Below are positions 9,901-18,342 of a DNA stretch of 64,000 bases, in pieces. The DNA lies in IMG/VR virus record IMGVR_UViG_3300018424_000006, positions 62,001-126,000 of that record, one strand, 5' to 3'. The translations under genes were made by a program, and so were the position numbers. The notes beneath the pieces were generated by a model. That model worked only from the letters and a program-made list of their open reading frames with translations, searched no databases and was not told the origin of the DNA. Every line of letters starts with the position of its first letter. Position 1 is the first letter of the stretch.

Positions 9901-10047
9901 TTACGAAGCTGATTTAAATATGTAATACAAATACATAGCCATTAGACCATAACAGATAAAGGCATTTTCAAATACCCCTATCTCCTTTCCTGCTCCGGGA
10001 TATTTATATATCCCTTCATCGCATACATCTTCTTCTAACTTCGCCAT
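9901..10047 (-). CDS. 48-aa C-terminally anchored membrane peptide (not in ORF track)
   Basis: MAKLEEDVCDEGIYKYPGAGKEIGVFENAFICYGLMAMYLYYIFKSAS; starts 1 nt after the upstream stop and fills the operon gap. Confidence 0.55.
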   Translation of the reverse strand: MAKLEEDVCDEGIYKYPGAGKEIGVFENAFICYGLMAMYLYYIFKSAS

Positions 10048-10048
10048 C

Positions 10049-10522
10049 CTACTTCCCCTTCTCCAGTTTCTGAAGCTTAACGAAGCTTGTAATGTCGGGA
10101 AGAGCCAAGTCTTCAGAAAAGGTATCGAACTCTAGTTCATATGGAGATACTGACTTATCCCATCTACAAAAGAAGACTGTCTTCTTTTTATGCACCCTCT
10201 CAAGGTCTTCCATTAAAAAGAAATCTCCGTCTGGCATAATAGTAGACATTACGAAGTGGGCAGATAACTTCATGATCATAGGCATTGCAAAGTTTGTTTG
10301 GTCATCTATCAGTAGAAAGATATAATTATAGTACACAAACGCTCTAGGCATCTTAACCGTTTCGTCTTCAACAGCTTTACCATAGATATAGTGAGCTGCC
10401 CATGAACCCCTCTTAAGGGTAATAAGATCAATATCCATATCTGGTTTATTAATCAGTTTCTTTATCGTAGCAATGACGTTACGTTCATCATCCCCTTCAA
10501 TTGCAATGATATTATCAATCAT
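10049..10522 (-). CDS. Hypothetical protein
   Basis: 157-aa ORF overlapping the upstream gene. Confidence 0.7.
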   Translation of the reverse strand: MIDNIIAIEGDDERNVIATIKKLINKPDMDIDLITLKRGSWAAHYIYGKAVEDETVKMPRAFVYYNYIFLLIDDQTNFAMPMIMKLSAHFVMSTIMPDGDFFLMEDLERVHKKKTVFFCRWDKSVSPYELEFDTFSEDLALPDITSFVKLQKLEKGK

Positions 10523-10727
10523 CTGTCTTTTCCTTTTCTTGTGTTGACCACTTTACAATATAAACTACCATTATCATAAAGAAGAAGAAACCTATACTCA
10601 TAACAATCACCTTTATCGGTAGAAAAAACGTCAAAATGATTGGGACGAATTTAAACAGAAAAGCGGTTGCTACTACAAACAGACTACAGAAAATCTGTAG
10701 TCTTACGAATTTCTGAGTTCCGTTCAT
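10515..10727 (-). CDS. Small two-TM membrane protein
   Basis: Start moved to MNGTQK (RBS AAGGA); two hydrophobic segments. Confidence 0.6.
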   Translation of the reverse strand: MNGTQKFVRLQIFCSLFVVATAFLFKFVPIILTFFLPIKVIVMSIGFFFFMIMVVYIVKWSTQEKEKTDD

Positions 10728-10791
10728 TTTATAATTCCTTATTAAGACAAAAGAAATAAAGGGAGACTGCACCTGCCTCCCTTATCTCTAG

Positions 10792-11061
10792 TTAATACAA
10801 AAAGTCATCATCATCTTCCTGCGGACGACACGGACCAAAGATTCCATCAAGTTCTTTCTCAGTTACTTGATCTAACGTTTCTTTAGTTCGGTTAGGTAGT
10901 CTGTAAAGAAGCTCATCATCCTGGATGGCTTGTCTTTTACAATAACTGCCGTAGTATCGTACACGCTCGTCGTGTGAGATGTTTGTATATTCTGCAAGAA
11001 GCTCGTTAAAGTCTTCTCCATTACGTGCAGGATCTAATCTACTCATAGTAGTAAACCTCAT
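10792..11061 (-). CDS. Early hypothetical protein
   Basis: First ORF downstream of the promoter at 11083-11113; acidic C-terminus DDDDFLY. Confidence 0.65.
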   Translation of the reverse strand: MRFTTMSRLDPARNGEDFNELLAEYTNISHDERVRYYGSYCKRQAIQDDELLYRLPNRTKETLDQVTEKELDGIFGPCRPQEDDDDFLY

Positions 11062-11082
11062 TAGAGTCTGCGGGCCATATAA

Positions 11083-11113
11083 GTAATATAGATTTGAAAG
11101 GTTCTAGAGCGCG
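11083..11113 (-). promoter_or_regulatory. Early (virion-RNAP-type) promoter 1
   Basis: CGCGCTCTAG-N12-CTATATTAC; TATATTAC is the phiKZ early promoter core. Confidence 0.8.
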
Positions 11114-11166
11114 TCACTTTATAAAACTAGGATTTATCATATACCTTTCAAAAGGAGATTAAGATA

Positions 11167-11781
11167 ATGCCTGTAAAATTAAATAGCAAGCCTTACGCGC
11201 TTATCGGTAACCGTAAAGACGTACATCTAGCTTATAGTGAAGAGTTAATCCGAATCGGTTACTACCTATCTAGTGTAGGAGCTTTATTCAGATCCGGTGG
11301 TTCTGGTACGTCAGATAAAAGCGGCGAGGCTGGGGTAGTTCGCTACTACGAAGAAAACGAAAAAGAAGTAGACTATGAAGTATTCTTGCCATGGAAAAAC
11401 TTTGACGCTGCCACCCGACTAAGTCCACCAGAGGCATATAAAACACTAACAAAAGAAATGGAAGAATGGGCTGACGAAATTCTTATTGAAAACAAAGTTT
11501 GTACATTCATTAAGAATCTACCTAGCGGCATTGCTAATATGTTTCGAAGAAATGTCTGTCAGATAATGGGCTATGGACCCGGACAACAATATTCTAAGTT
11601 CGTAGTCTATTATGCAAAAGAAGGTTATCCCAAACGAACTATAAAAGGCGGCACACGTATCGCAGTCTATTTGGCTCGTAAACTAAAGATACCTACCTTT
11701 AATATTGCATTCGAGAAAGACAGAAAAGAATTCAGTCGCTTTACTGGTTATGAGTTCACTGTTCTTGACGGATCATTTTAA
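11167..11781 (+). CDS. SLOG/DprA-like nucleotide-binding protein
   Basis: ALIGNR, RSGG..GxD...EAG, FLPWKNF, RN..QIMG and GGT..AV..A...KIP.FN motifs of the phage DprA-like SLOG family. Confidence 0.75.
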   Translation: MPVKLNSKPYALIGNRKDVHLAYSEELIRIGYYLSSVGALFRSGGSGTSDKSGEAGVVRYYEENEKEVDYEVFLPWKNFDAATRLSPPEAYKTLTKEMEEWADEILIENKVCTFIKNLPSGIANMFRRNVCQIMGYGPGQQYSKFVVYYAKEGYPKRTIKGGTRIAVYLARKLKIPTFNIAFEKDRKEFSRFTGYEFTVLDGSF

Positions 11782-11782
11782 A

Positions 11783-11868
11783 CAAAAAAATATCCCGGGA
11801 AAACAACCAGAAATATCTCTATGTATCAAAAAAATTAAATACATCGGATAGAGCATGTTTATGCTCAT
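11783..11868 (-). ncRNA. Candidate early small RNA
   Basis: Lies between promoter 2 and a G-U-containing hairpin plus U7 tract; three hairpins; no RBS-led ORF. Confidence 0.45.
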
Positions 11869-11872
11869 ATAA

Positions 11873-11903
11873 GCAATATAGGATTGTATTTTTCTGGAGC
11901 ACG
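11873..11903 (-). promoter_or_regulatory. Early promoter 2
   Basis: CGTGCTCCAG-N12-CTATATTGC. Confidence 0.7.
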
Positions 11904-11908
11904 TTAAT

Positions 11909-11950
11909 TACCCCTACCTGCCTTTTTAGGTGGGTAGGGGTATTATGCTG
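11909..11950 (+). terminator. Plus-strand terminator of the SLOG gene
   Basis: TACCCCTACCTGCCT-TTTT-AGGTGGGTAGGGGTA with two G-U pairs valid only on +, then TTATGCTG. Confidence 0.7.
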
Positions 11951-11951
11951 C

Positions 11952-11995
11952 AAAAAAAAGAGGACCTGTCGCAATGGGGGTGCGACAGGTCCTCT
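11952..11995 (-). terminator. Minus-strand terminator
   Basis: Perfect 15-bp stem AGAGGACCTGTCGCA/TGCGACAGGTCCTCT plus U-tract. Confidence 0.8.
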
Positions 11996-12068
11996 AAAAA
12001 TGCCAAGGCTAGAACGGGTGCTCCAGTCCGCTATTACTACCTAGTCCCTGGCTTCCTCAACGGTCGGT

Positions 12069-12638
12069 TTACTGCATGTAATATCCTGCAGTGAATTCTT
12101 TCTCTACGTCTTTAAACTTACTCGTTCCAAAGCGTACACCTAGGATGTTGTCATAGTACCATGTATTACCTTTCTGATACTGACTGTCGCCCGGTTTAAA
12201 TTTATTACCGTCAACCTCAATTACAAATCCATTGTCCATATAGGTACGGACACGAACACTGAATTCAGATAACATTACTTTACCCGAGATTCTAATGTCG
12301 AAGCTATGGATACGTGTAAACGGACGAATGGAATTAATTACATAACTGGCAATAGCAGCTACATCCGAGTTAAAATCTAATCTTTTCGTTATCCCTTCAT
12401 ACGCTAAAGCATATCCGGGAGTACCTGCGTCTACTTTAACGGAGGTAGCAATTGACTTAAAGCTTTTCTCTGAAAGCTTGATGACAATCTTCTCGTCATT
12501 TGCTGTACATATTTTAAAGGACCCGTCTTCCTTAGTGCCGGCTAGACGAGCCCTTATAATTTCTTTCCCAAGTTTATCGAATAGTGCCACCCGATATCCA
12601 TTAAGAAGGGCAGTAGTGTATAACTTCTTATTAAACAT
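12069..12638 (-). CDS. Hypothetical protein
   Basis: Likely start MFNKKLY (RBS AAGGA); frame is open to 12713. Confidence 0.65.
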   Translation of the reverse strand: MFNKKLYTTALLNGYRVALFDKLGKEIIRARLAGTKEDGSFKICTANDEKIVIKLSEKSFKSIATSVKVDAGTPGYALAYEGITKRLDFNSDVAAIASYVINSIRPFTRIHSFDIRISGKVMLSEFSVRVRTYMDNGFVIEVDGNKFKPGDSQYQKGNTWYYDNILGVRFGTSKFKDVEKEFTAGYYMQ

Positions 12639-12699
12639 TTTACTTTTCCTTAAAGCTTCCTTTCTTAAAAATCGACGGCAGAAAGACCAATGCCAAACC

Positions 12700-13224
12700 C
12701 TAAGGCTTGGCATCAGTTTTATCTTTCAATGCAATTCTCGATGCGTCCCAACAAGTAGTTTTGCCGTTAGGTTCGTATGCCCATGTATGGTTACCATGAA
12801 CTTCGAAACGGTCAAAACTATCTTTCCAGCAGGGTCTTGCTATCTTTTTGTGTGCCCAATAGTGGGTAGAGGCATCATCCAAACTAAAGTCATTACTTAG
12901 CACTCTTATAGAGATAGCTAAGATCTGCTTATAGATTTCTGCATCTTCCACTTTCCGTAGAACAACTGAGTTTGGAAGGTGATCATTGGTCCAGCTAAAT
13001 GCTCCGGGTTTCCAGATAACACTACATACTGTATCTGGATATGAAGAATCATAGAGACGCTTCATGACTGTAGTACCAACTTTAATCTGACCAACCAGAT
13101 CTTCACCTTGCGCTTCAAACCATATGTTCTGGGCCATACAAGTAACGTTTCTTTTGTTGACTAATTCGCCGGGCTCAAATGTTGTATTGAGCGCCATAGC
13201 CAATAAGTATTCCGCTAAACCCAT
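12700..13224 (-). CDS. SleB/Hydrolase_2-family cell wall hydrolase
   Basis: CMAQNIWFEAQGE (catalytic Glu), YPDTVCSVIW..GAFSW, STHY and GNH motifs. Confidence 0.85.
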   Translation of the reverse strand: MGLAEYLLAMALNTTFEPGELVNKRNVTCMAQNIWFEAQGEDLVGQIKVGTTVMKRLYDSSYPDTVCSVIWKPGAFSWTNDHLPNSVVLRKVEDAEIYKQILAISIRVLSNDFSLDDASTHYWAHKKIARPCWKDSFDRFEVHGNHTWAYEPNGKTTCWDASRIALKDKTDAKP

Positions 13225-13318
13225 AATTTTGCTTTCCCTCGCCAAGGCTAGAAGTTCTAACCCTAACTCTTATTTAAACATTAATTAGGAATTATAGATT
13301 CCTATTAAACAATAAGAG

Positions 13319-13645
13319 TTATTCGTTAATTGCTACATAGTCAGCTAGCTCATTGTGACGAGCAGCTAGACGTTGGCGTTGTTCATCACTTAGAAAGTCT
13401 AAGCTGAAGTCTTCAACGATACTAGGTTGTAGAATTAGACATTTAAAAATTTGCTGAGAAGATAAAGTTGTGGTATCTATCTTCTTGGAAAGTTCAGGGC
13501 TCTGGATGATAAGATAAGTCTTATCTGTGTTATTCAACAAAGATAGATCTACGCTATCTGCTAGGTATGGTTGGAAAGCTAAAATGTTACGCACTTCAGA
13601 GGAAGTGGTTGGAGTAACGAAGCTTGCTTTTCTTAATGCGTTCAT
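13319..13645 (-). CDS. 24-residue helical repeat protein
   Basis: Repeats ILAFQPYLADSVDLSLLNNTDKTY / LIIQSPELSKKIDTTTLSSQQIFK / CLILQPSIVEDFSLDFLSDEQRQR; RBS GAGG. Confidence 0.7.
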   Translation of the reverse strand: MNALRKASFVTPTTSSEVRNILAFQPYLADSVDLSLLNNTDKTYLIIQSPELSKKIDTTTLSSQQIFKCLILQPSIVEDFSLDFLSDEQRQRLAARHNELADYVAINE

Positions 13646-13791
13646 GACTTAAAGTCCTCTATTTTAAAAGTGAGTTAATAACAACAAAATGCAAACATAC
13701 ATACGGCATATGGCATAAAGCCATGTATGAAATATGAATGCATTCTGTTTATTATACTATAAGGTAAGAGAATATTTTTTTATTCTCTTAC

Positions 13792-14415
13792 CTAGAGACA
13801 CTCGAGTATCTCGATATTTTTAGGGGCCTCTCGACCGTTAGGGTAAGTCACCTTATTCTTTTTCAAGCTAGGTGTAATGTGTAGCGAGTCCATTCCTTCC
13901 CGTCTACTCTTTGTTAGCAGTAGATTGATATAGTCCGGAAGATACTTCTTAAAGCTGCGGATTTTTCTTAAAGTACAAAGTACTACTTTGTAGCGGTCCT
14001 TACCGGAACCCTTTGTAAAATAAGTCACCGGAATTAATCGATCATCACCTTCTAGGTTAAACATAAAGTTTACCTGAGCATTGGTATTATGATCTTTTAA
14101 TTGGGTCAGCTTTTTAATTCCGTCTTCAGGAATCTGGACGTCCTCGTTGTTTGTGTTAAGAGTGCCGTTCTTAGCCCAAACAGTGCAAACTGCAAAGTCG
14201 TCACTGAAATACGTTAATGCCGGAGAAACCAGCACGTTCGTTTTTCTAAACTTAGTAGGTCGGTGTATATCCACTTCTGGAGTGGAGCTAAACGTCACTA
14301 TTAAGGATGGGCTCTTGTAAGCATAGGCTTCCCAATTGACCCTGACATTCTTTACAGTTAGTCCCTCTTCTGTAGTTATAGTTTCCATAGTCCTTTGATA
14401 TGGTTGGTAGTTCAT
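13792..14415 (-). CDS. Early hypothetical protein
   Basis: Directly behind promoter 3; the first ATG is at the predicted TSS, alternative start at 14388. Confidence 0.7.
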   Translation of the reverse strand: MNYQPYQRTMETITTEEGLTVKNVRVNWEAYAYKSPSLIVTFSSTPEVDIHRPTKFRKTNVLVSPALTYFSDDFAVCTVWAKNGTLNTNNEDVQIPEDGIKKLTQLKDHNTNAQVNFMFNLEGDDRLIPVTYFTKGSGKDRYKVVLCTLRKIRSFKKYLPDYINLLLTKSRREGMDSLHITPSLKKNKVTYPNGREAPKNIEILECL

Positions 14416-14419
14416 TAAA

Positions 14420-14450
14420 ATAATATAGATTCATAGTAACCTAGAACACG
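14420..14450 (-). promoter_or_regulatory. Early promoter 3, fused to the portal terminator tail
   Basis: CGTGTTCTAG-N12-CTATATTAT; its first CG is shared with TTATGCCG. Confidence 0.75.
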
Positions 14451-14490
14451 GCATAAAGACTACTATCGACCGAAGCCGATAGTAGTCTTA
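14449..14490 (-). terminator. Portal gene terminator
   Basis: AAGACTACTATCG/CGATAGTAGTCTT stem plus TATGCCG tail. Confidence 0.75.
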
Positions 14491-14497
14491 TAATTAA

Positions 14498-16906
14498 TTA
14501 AAACTCGCCAAAGTCATCACTAGAATCGCCTAGGTCGTCAGTGGATTCTTCACTGAAACCAGAGTCGTTATCCTCACCTTCTGCTCCGGGGTCATCAGAA
14601 CCACCTTCTTCAGAAGTGTCGTCTAAGTTGTCGTCTTCAGCTGGAACGTCATCATCGGAAGAGAACTCATCTTCCTCTCCTTCTGCTCCGCCCTGCTCCT
14701 CTTCTTTCTTAGCCAAACGCTCTTCTTCATCTGCGTCTAACTTATCTTGAAGATCTTCAGTTTTGTTGTCTTGTTTAATATCGACTTTCTTAATATCACG
14801 ATAAGTATCGCCAATAAGCCCTGCCATCATTTCAACATGAGCCTTAATCTTATCTTTAATGCCGCCATTACCTTCAGCAGAAAGTAACTGATCAAGTTCA
14901 GGTAAGATATTTTGGCTACGCATCCAGTCACGGACTAGGGTACTGATCATCATCTCGCGGAAGTTTTCGATGCCGGTAGGCACTGTATCGCCTTCAAACA
15001 TATCGGAAAGCATTTCGTCAGTAAGATAGTTATCAACTGCTATTTCAGCAAACTCACGGAATTTCTGCAGAGCCTCAGAATGTGCCTCAATCTTGGTCGT
15101 ATCTGGTTCAGGGAAAGATACTTCGATACCCAGTAAGATATCTTCCATAGATACTTTCTTTTTACCTATTTCATAAAGATCTTTAAGAAGCTTACCAGAC
15201 CATCGTACATACTTACGTACGTGTTCGGTTGACTGACTACCCAAAATCTTCTGATAGATACGAATACGACGAGCAAGTAGCTTGTTTGACGTTACGATGC
15301 CTGTGGCGAAATCGCCTTGGTACATCTGGTCAACTACTTCAGGAGGCATTCCCATGCCGTGATACTGAGTCTTCTTAAGCTGCTCTTCCATCTGGTCATC
15401 AGGACGAACTCGATCTCGACTATTGTCTTCAATCTCAGCTTTAGTAGACGGAAACGCAGTACCGCCATCAACATTAACCTGAATACCAGAATGCTGTAGG
15501 TTTCTAATCATGTCCGTTGGTTCATGATAGTCCCCTAGAGGTAAACCGTCGTTCTGCATCTTAGAGAATTCAGAAACGATCATGTGAACAGCTTTAACCG
15601 GATCTTGTTCGTCTTCATCTAACGTGATGTTTAGATTAGTACGACCCACCGCATTCTTAACTGAAGAAATCAAGTTAGAGAAAAGCACGGCTGAGCGCAT
15701 AGAAGAATATAGCTTAGTTCTTTCTAGAAGAGATTCACCAATACCTTCTGGAGTATAACTGAAAGCAAAATAAGTAATCAGTTCTTTATCCACATAAAGC
15801 AGCTTGGTTTTCTTATGGGACAGTGCACGCCAGAACATGACGTTATACACTTCTTCAGAATCGGCTACTTCAACATTGCCGCCCACAAGACCATCTTTCA
15901 ATGCTTCTTCTAAGTGGGTATTGATATGCTTATGATAAAGATTAGTTAGTTCCTTAGCACTACTTACTGTATTGCCACCCAAACCAAGTTCTTGAATGAT
16001 CTTGTTTAGATGATTATCATTAGAAGCTGAAAGAGTCTTAAGCTTCTCTGTATGATCGCCATCTGTCACCCTAGATACTGGATAACCGTTCTCGTCGAGA
16101 AGTATATAGAAAGCTAACTGCTTACGAGGGTTACTTGGCTCATGAATAGGGATAACACAATCAAACGGTATGCGCTTAACTAAAGGAGCTTCGCTGGCAT
16201 CGCTAGCATCAATTGGACGGATACTCAGAATGTTTTTATTCTGGTCTCCGTACATATTCTCTAGACCGGCATGTAAAATAGAAGCATTACTTAATGCCTT
16301 ACTTCTTAATTCAGGAGCCGCTAATAACTCTAGGTTATCAGTTACTTCGATGCCTAGTTTATTCGCTTTGCATTTAACAAACGAAGGTGGCTTACTATTC
16401 ATAACCTGAATCTGTCTAGTGAAGCTTTCCAAACCTGCCGTAGCATTAACAGAGCCGGTTACATTTTCAACAATAGGACGAGGAAGGATAAGGGAAGTAT
16501 AACTACCATAATCAAACAGAGCCTCGCGAATAATAGTCGGAATCTCTTCAGAAATATTATAAACTTCGGTGAAGTGCTCATTAAGCTTAGTGGCAATATC
16601 TGCAGCTACTTGCTCGTCTACGTCATCAAGACTTACTTTAATCTCGATATCAGTATCCGTAAAGTCTTTAGGGTTACAGATACTAGACACTAGAATCTCT
16701 TCAACTAATGCAAGGTCAGGAAGTATCTCTTTAATACTCTTGGCTTCTGAACCTTTACGACTTAGTTTATTAAACGTGTCTTCTAAAGAAGCGGTATTAA
16801 CTGTCTTCTTTTTCTTTTTATCTTCAACAATAATCTTTCTCGGAACAGTCGCCTTCTTAATAAGTGCGCTTTCCGTATTACTGCTGATCTTGGATACTTT
16901 TGTCAT
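14498..16906 (-). CDS. Portal protein (phiKZ gp129-like)
   Basis: ILPDL..VEEILVSSI.NP.D, IIREALF..GSY, YFAF.Y...G.G.SLL and VKNAVGRT motifs; acidic tail; synteny. Confidence 0.8.
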   Translation of the reverse strand: MTKVSKISSNTESALIKKATVPRKIIVEDKKKKKTVNTASLEDTFNKLSRKGSEAKSIKEILPDLALVEEILVSSICNPKDFTDTDIEIKVSLDDVDEQVAADIATKLNEHFTEVYNISEEIPTIIREALFDYGSYTSLILPRPIVENVTGSVNATAGLESFTRQIQVMNSKPPSFVKCKANKLGIEVTDNLELLAAPELRSKALSNASILHAGLENMYGDQNKNILSIRPIDASDASEAPLVKRIPFDCVIPIHEPSNPRKQLAFYILLDENGYPVSRVTDGDHTEKLKTLSASNDNHLNKIIQELGLGGNTVSSAKELTNLYHKHINTHLEEALKDGLVGGNVEVADSEEVYNVMFWRALSHKKTKLLYVDKELITYFAFSYTPEGIGESLLERTKLYSSMRSAVLFSNLISSVKNAVGRTNLNITLDEDEQDPVKAVHMIVSEFSKMQNDGLPLGDYHEPTDMIRNLQHSGIQVNVDGGTAFPSTKAEIEDNSRDRVRPDDQMEEQLKKTQYHGMGMPPEVVDQMYQGDFATGIVTSNKLLARRIRIYQKILGSQSTEHVRKYVRWSGKLLKDLYEIGKKKVSMEDILLGIEVSFPEPDTTKIEAHSEALQKFREFAEIAVDNYLTDEMLSDMFEGDTVPTGIENFREMMISTLVRDWMRSQNILPELDQLLSAEGNGGIKDKIKAHVEMMAGLIGDTYRDIKKVDIKQDNKTEDLQDKLDADEEERLAKKEEEQGGAEGEEDEFSSDDDVPAEDDNLDDTSEEGGSDDPGAEGEDNDSGFSEESTDDLGDSSDDFGEF

Positions 16907-16908
16907 CT

Positions 16909-18330
16909 TTAAACCTCAGTGGGTATATAAATGTCGCGAAGGGCCGGGTGTCCCATATTCTTTAAGATCCCTAAAACATATACGGCAGAGTTACTGAAAC
17001 TCATAAATTCCAGATCCCAGTTATATTTTAATTCGCCTGTCTTGGCAAACGCCTTATTGACATTAAGAGTTCTTAACAAAAGATCAAGCGGACAATTAAG
17101 TAGCTGTGACCTTAAGTTATCTTTAAAATGGACCGGAAAACCTTTACGTGCTAGTCGGCTATCCTCTACTTCTAGGATGTCGATAGGATGGAAAGAATAT
17201 CTAAATAAAGCATGAAGTGAATCGTCGCTAATATCCGAGATATCAATTTTTAGATCGCTATAGAACTTCTTTATCTGAGCTGTCTTGATGCCATGACATT
17301 TGTGATTAATGCAAGCGTAATAGCCGCCAATTAACCTAAGGTCATGTTCACAAGAACTGCAGTGAGGCCTGGACTCTGTACCGGGATCTATGACATCTTT
17401 AATAATGAAGTTATCTTCTTTATCTTTGGCCATCATAACCATAGCCCCACGATTTAGTTTCTTTTCGGTCAAGAGAAGAGTGTCATCTAACTTAATTGTA
17501 AATCGCTTACGTGGAGACGAAACAGAATATATCTCAACTCCTGCAATCCCTTTATGGTTAGGTGTGAATGTGAGGTCTGTAAAATTTACCCGAATGCCTT
17601 CCGATTCGGCATTAATAAGATTCCATTCAAACGGATTCTTTCTGCCCACTGGAAGATTTTGATCAAAAAGATATGCTTCGCGACATTCTCTAAAATCTTC
17701 GGCAAAGTTTAAATCAAATAGTCTATCGGCATTAGAAGAATACGGTTGTAGATCAGACCCTCTAAGAATAGTCTCAGGAATCATTCTAAAACCTAGCTTC
17801 TTTAAATAGACTCTTTGGGTCTTGTAGTCGGAACTAATGGTTTCTGGATCAAATTTAAAAGTCCCATAAATGAAGATATCGATTAACTTAGCATGATCCT
17901 TATCTTTAACCAAGTAGTATGGGACCTTACTATAAATACTCTTCTCACCAGAATGTCTTATCGTAGCAACTCCTCTCAATTCCATACTAGCAAAGCTAGT
18001 AAGTTTCTTCGGAATTAAATTTGCTTCTACTAAATAGGAAGTAATATCTTCTCCAGAACAGCCATCGCCAAAAGTAATTGCGCTAACTAAAGTTCCGCTA
18101 GCGTATTTAGCCGTAAATTCGATTCCTAATGGCCGAGGAATAATGACATAGGACTTATTTAGATCTATATCTTTACAAAACTCTTTCATTGGCTCCTTTG
18201 TTGTAAGGATTGGACCAAAATGAAAGTTGTGTCTGATTTTCTGTGTTATTAATCTACTGTTTTCCAGTGACTTCAGAGGGAATTTGAACTCGTTCTTTTC
18301 CTCTTTCGTTAGCTGCGAAAATATATGCAT
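16909..18330 (-). CDS. NAD-dependent DNA ligase homolog with degenerate active site
   Basis: SAITFGDGCSGEDIT and ELRG match the LigA adenylation domain; C4 Zn finger CSSC...CINHKC; motif I KxDG is RPLG; no BRCT-like tail seen. Confidence 0.7.
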   Translation of the reverse strand: MHIFSQLTKEEKNEFKFPLKSLENSRLITQKIRHNFHFGPILTTKEPMKEFCKDIDLNKSYVIIPRPLGIEFTAKYASGTLVSAITFGDGCSGEDITSYLVEANLIPKKLTSFASMELRGVATIRHSGEKSIYSKVPYYLVKDKDHAKLIDIFIYGTFKFDPETISSDYKTQRVYLKKLGFRMIPETILRGSDLQPYSSNADRLFDLNFAEDFRECREAYLFDQNLPVGRKNPFEWNLINAESEGIRVNFTDLTFTPNHKGIAGVEIYSVSSPRKRFTIKLDDTLLLTEKKLNRGAMVMMAKDKEDNFIIKDVIDPGTESRPHCSSCEHDLRLIGGYYACINHKCHGIKTAQIKKFYSDLKIDISDISDDSLHALFRYSFHPIDILEVEDSRLARKGFPVHFKDNLRSQLLNCPLDLLLRTLNVNKAFAKTGELKYNWDLEFMSFSNSAVYVLGILKNMGHPALRDIYIPTEV

Positions 18331-18342
18331 GGGAGTCTCCTA

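Noticed and set aside
12017-12038. Promoter-like GGTGCTCCAG...CTATTAC on the + strand
   Set aside because: Spacer is 4 nt rather than 12 and the core is incomplete.
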